From contig OZ024756.1 in assembly GCA_964016885.1 (NCBI GenBank), positions 23,436,001 through 23,500,000 of the forward strand: 64,000 nt of DNA. Reading direction: 5' to 3'. Of the stretch, positions 46,951-57,869 are shown one piece after another. This DNA comes from Eledone cirrhosa. Taxonomy: Eukaryota. The first letter of the stretch is position 1. Each line of letters starts with the position of its first letter. Below the pieces are notes generated by a model, which saw nothing but the letters and a program-made list of their open reading frames with translations, made no database searches and was not told the DNA's origin. The position numbers and the translations under genes are program-made.

Positions 46951-47080
46951 TGACTGACTTCATATCATGCTCTTATTTGCTCCTTTATTTTATATATATA
47001 AATTTAAATAACTCTTATAACGTGTACGTAACTGTCAAAAATTAGTTTCACTTTTGAGACCGGCCGTTTTGACGTATGCC
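46604..47080. mobile_element. Foldback MITE with about 180-bp TIRs and 9-bp TSD (Mutator-like)
   Basis: Ends GGCATACGTCAAAACGGCCGGTC / GACCGGCCGTTTTGACGTATGCC. Direct repeat gaagatgat at 46595-46603 and 47081-47089. Confidence 0.85.
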
Positions 47081-47204
47081 GAAGATGATAATGAAACGTA
47101 CCTGGGTTTCCGACAAACTGAGCTGCAAACAAAGCATGTCTGACGCTCTGCCGATACTGCCAAACCAATGAAGATGATAATGATGAGAGTATGATGAAAC
47201 GTAC

Positions 47205-47392
47205 CTGGGTTTCCGACAAACTGAGCTGCGAAGCGAGTTCCACTCTCTCTGGTGTGGACAGGTACCGCTGAGCTTCGAACCGCTTTTCCAGACCATTCAA
47301 TTGTTGGTCACTGAAGACAGTCCGAGCTTTCCTCCGTCTACACTGTTTTCCTCCGTTGACGTCATGTTGGAATAATGGCGGTAACGGGAACC
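47205..47392 (-). CDS. bsx: Bsx/bsh coding exon 2 (homeodomain helices 1-2)
   Basis: Acceptor tactacag|GG. Encodes FPLPPLFQHDVNGGKQCRRRKARTVFSDQQLNGLEKRFEAQRYLSTPERVELASQLSLSETQ, a Bsx-type homeodomain. Donor CAG|GTACGT; 188 nt, phases fit both neighbouring exons. Confidence 0.95.
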
Positions 47393-47581
47393 CTGTAGTA
47401 GTAGTGGTAGTAGTAGTAGTGAAAGGAAAGGAAGAAAAGATATATATATATATATATATGTATAGAGATTACATGAATCAAAGTTCTGTTTAAATCATTT
47501 ATTTGCTTACAATTATACATATGTTTCTATATGTCTCTTGTGTTGAAAAGGAGGTCAAGTATGTTAAAAATCACTGAATAA

Positions 47582-47630
47582 TTGCTCCGAGGACTCCAAA
47601 CCTCGGTTTGGAAGAAACAATTGTAAGCAA
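47582..47630 (+). ncRNA. Minimal hammerhead, U4C variant, antisense in bsx intron
   Basis: ttgct-CCGAGGA-cTCCAAAC ctcg GTTTGGAa-GAAA-CAATTG-TA-agcaa. Confidence 0.65.
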
Positions 47631-47836
47631 ATAAATGATTTAAACAGAACTTTGATTCATGTAATTTCTATATAACTGCTCTGTAAAACAACTGATGTTG
47701 TTACATTGAGCTATTTATGTTACTGGTAATAAGATAGTAATAAATTACTGTCTTTCACTATTTAGGGTATAAAATATATATAACTATAAAAGGTTTTAGT
47801 ATATACATAACCATAAATAGTATCCTTAATACTATA

Positions 47837-47914
<78 letters not shown>

Positions 47915-48016
47915 AATATATATAGAGAGATATATATAGAGAGATATATATAGAGAGAGATATATATATAGAGAGAGATATATATAGAGAGTTATAGAGA
48001 TATATATAGAGAGAGT

Positions 48017-48153
<137 letters not shown>

Positions 48154-48739
48154 TAGATATACACTGAAAATAAAATTTTAATTAATTCAATAATTATATC
48201 ATAAATAATTAATTAAACGAAAAGTGATATTTTAGTACTTTGGTGACGAGGGTCATACTGCCAACTAAAACACAGGCACCTGTTATAATTGAACTTCAGT
48301 TTATTTTGTATTAATCAGGTACTTATTTGAAGTAAATGAAGACGAAGAGGAGACTCGGGGTTCAAGAATCATTCATAAGGTCACAGAGTGCGACGAAAGT
48401 ACTTGGACAATTAATTAATTAATTAATTTGCTAATTAACCAACAAATTGATGAATTAATGGTGGTGGTGATTGTGTTAGTGGTGGTTGTGATAGTGGTGG
48501 TGGATGTGATATTGGTGGTGGAGGTGAATGCATTGATGCTGGATGTGGTTTGAGGGAGATTTAGCTGTTGTTTCTAGCAGGTCGTACGACCATGAATAGC
48601 AGCGTTTGTCCCAGACCCTACTTTGATACTCCAGCCCGACAAAAAAAATGTTAGCCCCACTAATGTCGGGCAAAATTAATATATAGTATAGTATATAGTA
48701 AAGTAAATAACTTTCTGATGTCCCACTTCACACCAAGAT

Positions 48740-48898
48740 ATTGCCACGCCCTACTAAAATATTGCCACGCCCTACTAAAATAGTGTCACGCCCCACTAAA
48801 ATATTGTCATGCCCCACTAAAATATTTCCACGCCCCACTAAAATATTTCCACGCCCCCACTAAAATATTGTCACGCCCTACTAAAAAATTGCCACGCA
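48740..48898. repeat. 21-bp tandem repeat (attgccacgccc(c/t)actaaaat) about 7 copies
   Basis: Direct inspection; lies in a bsx intron. Confidence 0.85.
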
Positions 48899-49637
48899 TT
48901 ATTGAGACTTTGCTTATGGCATCGGGGTTAGTGGTAGTGGTGATGGTTGATAGTGATAGCAAAGGTGGTGGTTGTGATGGTGGTGGTGGTTGTGATGATG
49001 ATGGTGGTGGTTGTGATGGTGATGGTGGTGGTTGTGGTGATTGTGATTGTGGTGGTGTTTGGGTGATAGTGGCGTTGTGATGGTAGTAATGTTGGTAATT
49101 GTTGTGAAAGTGATAGCATTGATGTATGTAAACATACATACATATATATATAGATGTATATATGTGTACATAACTACAAACTTATGTATATATATATAGA
49201 GAGAGATAGAGAGTGAGAGTGAGAGATAGAGAGTGAGAGTGAGAGAGTGAGGTGAGTGAGGTGAGTGGGTGAGGTGAGTGAGGTAAGTGAGGTGAGTGAG
49301 TGAGGTGAGAAGTTAAGGGCCGAAACACTCGCTTGATGGAGGTTTCTTCTCTGAAGACCTGCTGTCCATCTCTCCTGAGAGTTTCTTACCACTACACATA
49401 AATTTTTTTTTTTTTTTTCAGTGTGGTCTATCCTTGGTGGTAAGGTCCGTACAGTAGATAGAAGAAGACGGTCTGATCGAACCTATATATGAGGTCGGAT
49501 AGTATACAGTTATATAACAGCTATAGATCAGACAATATGTCAATATGATCAAGCCTCCGAAACGATCGTAAAACAATGATATGAATAGGCAAAATAACTT
49601 GACTTTGTTGTTATTATTTTCATTGTTACATTAATAC

Positions 49638-49767
<130 letters not shown>

Positions 49768-49818
49768 AGCTTCTACAGGACTAGAACTGTTTGATTCGTG
49801 AGAAATCATCAGGAAGCT
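49768..49818 (-). ncRNA. Family A hammerhead with G12C mutation, in bsx intron
   Basis: agcttc-CTGATGA-tttctcacgaat-CAAA-cagttctagtcctg-TA-gaagct. Confidence 0.6.
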
Positions 49819-49987
49819 GACTGTCCAAGTAAGTGGTGGTATTTATATCTTTTCTTTTCTGGTGGTAGGAGAGGGTGGGGATTGGGATGGGTGGAGGTCA
49901 TTGGTTGATGGGTTTAAAGAAAAGGGAGTTCATTAAAAGCTAATTCTTTAAAGCTATAATAATAACAAAGGCAGAAAGAATACTGTA

Positions 49988-50026
<39 letters not shown>

Positions 50027-50310
50027 CGAAGGAAATGTGGTAAGGAACCAGGTGGACCATAACGCACCAAAGTACTCAATACTTAGGGTAGTAGAGTGGG
50101 TAATAGGAACGAGTAGGACCTCGACGGCTGAGCTCAAGCTGTTTAGACGGCTACCGTCGAAACGGCTTGAGCTCAGCTGTCGGGGTCCTACTCGTTCCTA
50201 TATATATATATATATATATGAGAGAGAGGGGGGACTATATGGGTATATCAGTTAGAGAGAGGTACAACGTATACTGTAGCAGCTGTTGCCGAGGGGTTAA
50301 CAACACTTAC

Positions 50311-50626
50311 CTGTTGTGGGAACCAAAAAGCTCTGCTCAGCTGCGGACCGTGGGATATAGAGTTGGTTCTGTGCAGCGATCACCTGATGTGGCAACAGCG
50401 CAGCTGCGGCGGCTGCAGCATGATGCACTGAATACGGGTAAGCTGCTGCTGCTGCTGCTGCAGCTGCTGCAGCCGTGCCGTAGTCTGAGAAATGTGACCG
50501 GCCTAATCCTAGATTTTGGTAGTCTCGAACCTGCAAACGTTTTGGTTTGTTTAGTAGAATATCCTCAATGAAGAATGATGTGTGCCGGTTGTTGTGTGGG
50601 TCGGAGTAGGAACTGAGGTTCATCAT
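50311..50626 (-). CDS. bsx: Brain-specific homeobox (Bsx/bsh), first coding exon
   Basis: Translates MMNLSSYSDPHNNRHTSFFIEDILLNKPK..., matching the Bsx N-terminus with eh1 motif (TSFFIEDILL), plus two poly-Ala tracts. Acceptor tttcag just upstream (exon starts 50635). Donor CAG|GTAAGT at 50311/50310, phase 1. Confidence 0.9.
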
Positions 50627-50656
50627 TGGAGCTCTCTGAAACGACACAACACAACG

Positions 50657-50708
<52 letters not shown>

Positions 50709-50709
50709 G

Positions 50710-50920
50710 GGCGGTGAATTGGCAGTATCGGTAGAGAGTTGGACGCCATGCTTTCTGGCATAGTTACGTCCCTTTACAGTCTGAGTTCAAATCCCGCCGA
50801 GGTTAACTTTGCCTTTCATCCTTACGGGGTCGTTAAAATAAAGTACCAGTAACACACTAGGGTGGGTTTAATCGACTTCCCCTCCCCTTCAAATTGCTGG
50901 CCTTGTGCTTAAAGTAGAAA
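50710..50920 (+). mobile_element. tRNA-derived SINE family 1, full length
   Basis: A-box-like tggcagtatcgg, B-box gagttcaaatccc, body gccgaggttaactttgcctttcatcc..., in an (AAT)n context; many copies in the window. Confidence 0.85.
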
Positions 50921-50989
50921 TAATAATAATTATTATTATTATCACCCCCCCCCCCCCCCACCCTCACTGACACCTTCAAGACTGACGTC

Positions 50990-52147
50990 ACCAACGCCAA
51001 CGACACCACTAACAGTATGACAACATCACCAACAACACCAATCACACTATTAACACTACCACCAACACCACCAACACCACTACCAACACCACCACCAACA
51101 ACACCAACACCACCACCAACAACAACAACACCACCACTCACCACATTATCACCAGCACCACTCACATTATCACCAACACTACTAACACCACCAACACCAA
51201 CGCCACCAACACCAACTAGCACTAACACCATTCACATTATCACCAACACTACTAGCACCACCACCAACGCCACCTACACCACTAACACTAACGTCACTCA
51301 CATTATTACCAACGCTACTAACACCACCAACACTACTAAACACCACCAACACCACCAACACCACTAACACCAACAGCACTAATACCAACACCACCAACAC
51401 CAACACCACCAACACCACTAACACCAACACCACCAACACCAACATCACCAATACCACTAACACTAACACCACTAACAGCAACACCACCAACAGCACTACT
51501 AACACCACCAACACCACCAACATCACTAACACCAACACCACTAATACCAACACCACCAACAGCACTACTAACACCACCACTAACACCACCAACACCAACA
51601 CCACTAACACTAACACCACCAACACCACCAACACCAACACCAACACCACTAACACCAACACCACTAACACCAACACCACTAACACCAACACCACCAACAA
51701 CACCACTAACACCAACACCACCAACAACAACACCAATACCAACATCACCAACACCACTAACAACAACAACACCACTAACACCACCAACAACACCACTAAC
51801 ACCATCAACAACACTACTAACACCACCAACAACACTACTAACACCACCAACAACACCACTAACACCAACACCTCCAACACCACTAACACCAACACCACTA
51901 ACACCAACACCACTAACACCACCAACACCACTAACACCAACACTACTAACACCACTAACACCACTAACACCAACACCACTAACACCAACACTACTAACAC
52001 CACCAACACCACCAACACCAACACCACTAACACCACCAACAACACTACTAACACCACCAACACCACTACTAACACCAACAACACTACTAACACCACCAAC
52101 AACACCACCAACACCACTAACACCAACACTACCAACACCACCAACAA
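50990..52147. repeat. (ACC/AAC/ACT)n trinucleotide-derived tract
   Basis: Degenerate triplet repeat upstream of the first bsx coding exon. Confidence 0.9.
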
Positions 52148-52537
52148 AAAATATCATTTTCTCCATCACTTCTATCAACACTCCAACTCAACAAAACCTC
52201 AAAATGTTCCGTACCACATCTCTCCGTTTCCTCCTCCTTTTCCCATTCCACTTCAGTCCCTCTTCTTTTTCTTCTCTATCCTTCCACCCCTCTTATCACC
52301 CTCTTCCGTCCGTCTCCCTCCAGCCTCTTACGTTCGCCATATTCGCTATATTCGCCATTTTATCTTGTCTTACGCCAACCAAGGGAAACAGCAAAATCGT
52401 AGATTCTTGGCAAAGCTTCGCCATTTCTTTCTTTAAAAACAGGCGAGGAAAATAAATAGTAAAAGCAAAAACAAAAACAAACAAACAAAAAAATATCGTG
52501 CGAAACGTTACGATGATCAAACATAACATACAAATAC

Positions 52538-52930
52538 CTCAAACAACAACTACAATAACAACAGCAACACATAACGACGGCAATAGCAGCAAAAACGACA
52601 ACAACAGCATCAAATAACGACAATAACAACAGCAAAAACGACAACAACCGCATCAAATAACGACAATAACAACAGCAAAAACGACAACAAAAAAATCCAT
52701 TTAATATATAGCCATAGCAATAACAAGACATTTCATTCTAAACCACTCTAATTCAAACAAAATACAACGGCAAAAATATTACAAACGCAAACACTACAAC
52801 ACAAAACAAGGAATTAATTCTCAGCCTGTTTCCTGTAAAATCAGTCTCTCATCTGATTTTGCTCGCCGTTTGAAGCTTCTGTCGGATTTCCGTTCTAGTA
52901 GATAGTGGTTCTGGTATTTAACAGCAATCT
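52538..52930 (-). other. Possible non-coding 5' exon / promoter-proximal region of bsx
   Basis: The first coding exon begins with a splice acceptor, so an upstream exon is likely. Candidate donor GAG|GTATTT at 52538/52537, unique sequence to about 52930, then a long CT/GA tract. Boundaries are guesses. Confidence 0.3.
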
Positions 52931-53311
52931 TCTTCTTCTCACCATAATCTTTCTGGCTTCTCTCGCTCTCGCTCAATCTCTCTCTCGCACGCTCTTGCTC
53001 GTTCTCTTTCTCTCGTTCTATCTCTCTCGCTCGTGCTCTCTCTCTCTCTCTCTCTCGCTCTGTCTCTCTCTTTCTCTCTCTTTCTCTCTCTTTCTCTCCC
53101 TCTCTATTCCTATGTACCTATCTATCTCCGACTTTTCTCTCTCTCTCTACCTCACTTTCTGTCTCTCTATCTCTCTTATTCGCCTTCCATCTTTTTTATC
53201 TTCGTCGTCACAGTCTTCTTCTTCTTCTTCTTCTTCTTCTTCTTCTTCTTTTGACACCTATCAGTCTATCGTGTCTCAGTCTCTCTCTCTCCTCCACACA
53301 CACACACACAC

Positions 53312-53351
<40 letters not shown>

Positions 53352-53438
53352 AACATATATATGTATATATAAGTATATGCCCATGTGTGGTCATATATGA
53401 GTGTACTCTCATTTTTAGTACTTTTCTTCTTCTTCCAA

Positions 53439-53473
<35 letters not shown>

Positions 53474-53537
53474 ATCCTTCCATCCATGGACATGTCTGTC
53501 TGAGCTAGAGTGTACGAACGTTTGTGCGTTTAAGCAT

Positions 53538-53749
53538 GCACTCGGGTTAGTTTATCTCCACCCAAACTCTACGATCCACATGGATCTACCTTAATCTTTC
53601 AAAGCAATATATATACTGTGTCCCATCTTTCACATTCAAAAGGCACTCGGGTTAGCTTATCTCCACCCAAACTCTACGATCCACATGGATCTACCTTAAT
53701 CTATAAAAGCAATATATATATACTGCGTCCCATCTTTCACATTCAAAAG
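53538..53749. repeat. About 105-bp tandem duplication
   Basis: gcactcgggttag...tcacattcaaaa occurs twice. Confidence 0.85.
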
Positions 53750-54547
53750 TCACCGTTTTTACACAACTAGTGACATCCCTGTTACCGCAGCTTCCAAAAT
53801 ATAGAGAGGTTCACAGAAACAGTTGTAAAGACTCCCTTTATCCAGGATCGGGTTATACTTTTTTTTTTATTTTGGATGCCCCAAGTATTTAAAGAGAAGC
53901 GATATAACCCAGGTTCATCAGCGTGTGTTAGGCCATACATTTCAGACAACACTAAGAGAATTTTTAAAGCGACCGTCCAACTACACGTGGGAGAGAGAAG
54001 TTACAGCGTGTTTAAGGGCAGTGAACCAGTGGTCTCTGAGGGACGAGCTGCTAGAAAGGGCAGCCCAACACACACTGATGAACCTGGGTTATTTCACTTC
54101 TCTCAACAACTTAATGGCGAAACAGATCACTTCGGATTTGTACGTGTGTTATATAGTTATAGAGGTATTTATTTACGCTTTAATTTATATTTTTAATTAT
54201 CGTGTCTATATTTTGCCTTCCATAGGTTATAGATTCCATACACTGGTGGTTTTTCCCTGTTTTATTGATGGCGCACTGTATCTCTCTCTATTGTGTTACC
54301 TTTTCAACATATTATATTCTAAAGTGCCCAGGAATTCCTCTCCTTTGAGCACATTATTTACAGGGAACGGCGAGAGTCTATGGCTCCGTTAATGTATCGT
54401 GATATATATATATAAAATAATTAAGTCAAATATGTAAAATTTTGGCTTCGTTTATTATAAATTATAGATATACTGCTATATATATTTCGGATGTACTGCC
54501 TTGATTAAATCTTAACCATTTAACATCTCAGGGTATGTCATGTATCA

Positions 54548-54609
54548 TTATATTTTGTCTGATGAGGACGTACTGTTGTACATCCGAAATATGTATAATA
54601 AAATGTAAT
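54548..54609 (+). ncRNA. Minimal type I hammerhead ribozyme
   Basis: ttatattttgt-CTGATGA-GGACGTAC tgtt GTACATCC-GAAA-TATGTA-TA-ataaaatgtaa. Long stem I, near-palindromic minimal stem III. Confidence 0.8.
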
Positions 54610-55672
54610 TGATCAAAAGAACATCTATTTTATTAATATTTATATTTTAATATTAATAACTCCGGAAAATTATTTTTCGTAGAGTGCTTCCAATCTACTG
54701 TAAAACTCATTATTTGACATACCCATTGAATATTGTTTAACACTTTAATATATATATATATATATATATTAAAAGGGAACAAATAATTAGTATTGCATCA
54801 TATACATAATTAAATATGTAAATGATGTAATACTGATTCTTAATTCCCTTTTAATATTATTATTGATACTCTGCTCCCCATGAGCATCGAGTGCTCATAT
54901 CGGCATACAGCCTACGGGCGCAATTAATTTGCACCTCTAATACCTATATATATATATTAGTAATAAACGAAAGATATACACTTTATATCATCTCTATTTA
55001 TTTCATTATATATATTTCGAAGATGCAAAGTTTTATGTATAACATAAAGCAAAACATATTCTCCATAGACAAAATATATAGAAGATGTATAATCTTTTCC
55101 TGATATGCTGGTAGACATATATATATATATATATGATTTCAGCGGGGGTCAAAAACAAAACGAAATGCAATCTTCGAGATACGCGGCAAGCGCTCAATGG
55201 ACTAAAAGAAGACCAGAGCAATTAACATACGTTATAAAGGCCAGATAAAATCAAAACAGTGGTCTTGAAGCTATCAGCCACCGGAGCCAAAAAAACGAAG
55301 CAAGCTAAACAGGTTAACAAAAGAATTTACCTGGACCTCCTGGAAAGTGTTGGTAAAATCCTGTGGGAGGTTTCTGTGAATTCTAAATCAATTATACTGG
55401 CTGCTTTCGTTGTAAGCTTTTGGTATAACGATCTAACAAGGTAGCCATTTCGTCAACAGTTATTTTGTTCTCAGCCGGCTACCGGGTTCCAATGCAATAG
55501 TAGTGAAGTGACTACCGCACGTGTTTACCCTGCAGGGGAAATAACCCCGGTTTTTGGCGGGTGCATTCAAAATGTTTAAAAGTATTGCAAAAATTGCAAT
55601 ATATATATATATATAACGGCGATGAATTAGTTTTGCGAGGTTTTTGATATGAAATCGTGTGTCGAAACAAAT

Positions 55673-55964
55673 ATTGTTATACTTGGGGAGGGTCATATTT
55701 GTGTAATAATATTGCCAGAATTAATAACAGAACACACTCACTGTTTGGTTGGTTTTCGCTTCTGTGTCTTTTAGATCGGTTAATTTAATTTATTCGGTCC
55801 TCAATGTTACCATTGACTGACCAACGGTAACATTGAGAACCGAATAAATTAAATTAACCGATATAAAAGACACAGAAGCGAAAAATAACCAAACAGTGAG
55901 TGTGTTCTGTTATTAATTCTGGCAATATTATTACACAAATATGACCCTCCCCAAGTATAACAAT
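55673..55964. repeat. Long palindrome (about 140-bp arms)
   Basis: tattgttatacttggggagggtc... is mirrored by ...gaccctccccaagtataacaata, centre about 55817; TA tract adjacent. Confidence 0.85.
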
Positions 55965-56370
55965 ATATATATATATATATAGGATAACAAATTATCGTTA
56001 TAGGTAATCCAGTTAGAGGTTGTGAGTACTCCGTATTGTGGATAGTTTTAACGTACGGCATTGTTGGACTCAACAAGAGGTTTCCTTACTTAGGTTGCGA
56101 GTTCTCGGGAATTCCTATGCAGGAAAGAATAATAATAGTGAAAGGAGTAATAATAGTGGAGTAATAATAGTGAAAGAGTATATTACACACGCCGTGTATA
56201 ATTTTAATCTGTTATTCTGATGATTTGATTAGGCATACATTGTGTTTAAAATTGAGTGACACAACTTCAAGTGATTAGCAATTTTTAGACACCCTAATCA
56301 ATGAAACAATTGTTAATACTGTAAATAAAACCCCTTTTGTACTGTTGACCATGTTATTCTTCACCCTTTC

Positions 56371-56714
56371 TAGTAAAAAGGAAAAGAAAATACTGACAAA
56401 TTTTCCCCAGTGAAAAATAGTTTAATTAGGAATAAGTATAAATTAATAATAAGTATTGGTTAGTATTCAGTTTTGCATTTCTAATGCTTTTCAAAAATAA
56501 TTTTGAGATAGAGCGCTCGTGATGTTTGCTCTAATCAGATTAGAGCAAACATATCTCAAAATTATTTTTGAAAAGCATTAGAAATGCGCAACCGGTAAAA
56601 ACTTAAAACTAAAACTGAATACTAACCAATACTTATTACTAATTTATACTTATTCCTAATTAAACTATTTTTCACTGGGAAAAATTTGTCAGTATTTTCT
56701 TTTCCTTTTTACTA
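56371..56714. repeat. Long palindrome (about 165-bp arms)
   Basis: tagtaaaaaggaaaag... / ...cttttcctttttacta, centre ctctaatc-a-gattagag at about 56537. Confidence 0.85.
56565..56600 (+). ncRNA. Decayed U3-A8 hammerhead of a second sequence family
   Basis: ttt-TTGAAAA-GCATT aga AATGC-GCAA-CCGG-TA-aaa; GAAA mutated to GCAA; stem II covaries relative to the 23254 family. Confidence 0.5.
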
Positions 56715-56739
56715 ATATATCACAACTCGTGTGTCACAC

Positions 56740-56796
<57 letters not shown>

Positions 56797-57869
56797 CACG
56801 CGAGCGCGCGCACAAACACACACACGTACACACACAGACACGCACGCACATGCGCACACAATACTAATACCACACGTATCCGTGTATCTTACTGATTAAC
56901 AAATGTGTGCAATATGAGCAATGGGCTTGTATTTCTAACAATACAAACCATATTATATCACTGAGTAAGTAAGAGACGACCGAAGTTGTATCGATCCTCT
57001 TCGACTACAAGTCAAGCCTCCGCACGGCGTGATTGAACACACGACCCCGTGTGTGCTAAGTAACATTCTTAACCACACAGCCATAGCGGTACCCATTATG
57101 TTGGCTCTCTTTACAATATGGATGCAGTATTACCGAATATTTATGAGGTCCACTTCATATTCTTTAGGGTTTTATAACATTGCGTGACATCGTGAGCAAA
57201 TGTCCGTTACCTTAACTTAGGGTCGACCAAGAGCCACGTGAGTGAAATTTGGTAGACGGAAACTGTTTGGAAGCAGCCTTGACTTGTCATGCATTACGTC
57301 ACGCTGAATCTCCCTGAGATTTATGTTTTGAGTAGACGTGTTTATGAACTACTCAGCCACGCACACCTAAATTTCACGAGCTAGTTGTTCCATTGCTCGA
57401 ACAACTGTAGCCCTCATCGTGTCTACCGACGGAGGTCCACCCCACTCCTTATTTATATTGCAGTAGTTCTTTTGCTCGGATCCATTTCTAAAGAATGGTT
57501 GTCTATGTATGTCTATGTGAGGGTGTGCGTATGTGTGTGTATATGTTTGTATATATGGATGAATTTGTATGTAAATATATCTATATGTATGTGTATGTGT
57601 GAGTGTGAATGCTTGTGGGTGTATGAATATTTGTGCGTGACTGTTTATGTGTGTGTAAATGTGTATGTGTGTGTGAATGTGTGTATGAAGGTTTGTGTGT
57701 ATGAAGGTTTGTGTGTATGTGTGAATGTGTGAATGTTTGTGTGTGTAAATGTGTGTGTGTAAATGTGTGTGCATATGTGTGTAAATGTGTGTATGTGTAA
57801 ATGTTCGTATGTGATAGTTTGTGTATGTGTGCGCACGAATGTGTGAATGTGTGTGTTTAAATGTTTGTG

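Noticed and set aside
49320-49550. Hairpin-rich island with CTGAAGA and GAAA fragments
   Set aside because: I could not assemble a consistent ribozyme fold on either strand.
50627-50761. N-terminal extension MPESMASN...poly-N of ORF 50297-50761
   Set aside because: It derives from a SINE and (AAT)n upstream of a good splice acceptor; Bsx similarity starts at MMNL.
50710-50800. tRNA gene (A/B boxes)
   Set aside because: It is a SINE head: no cloverleaf, and it continues into the repeated SINE body.
51017-52181. Mucin-like or Gly/Val-rich ORFs
   Set aside because: The triplet repeat is open in several frames on both strands and has no splice or context support.
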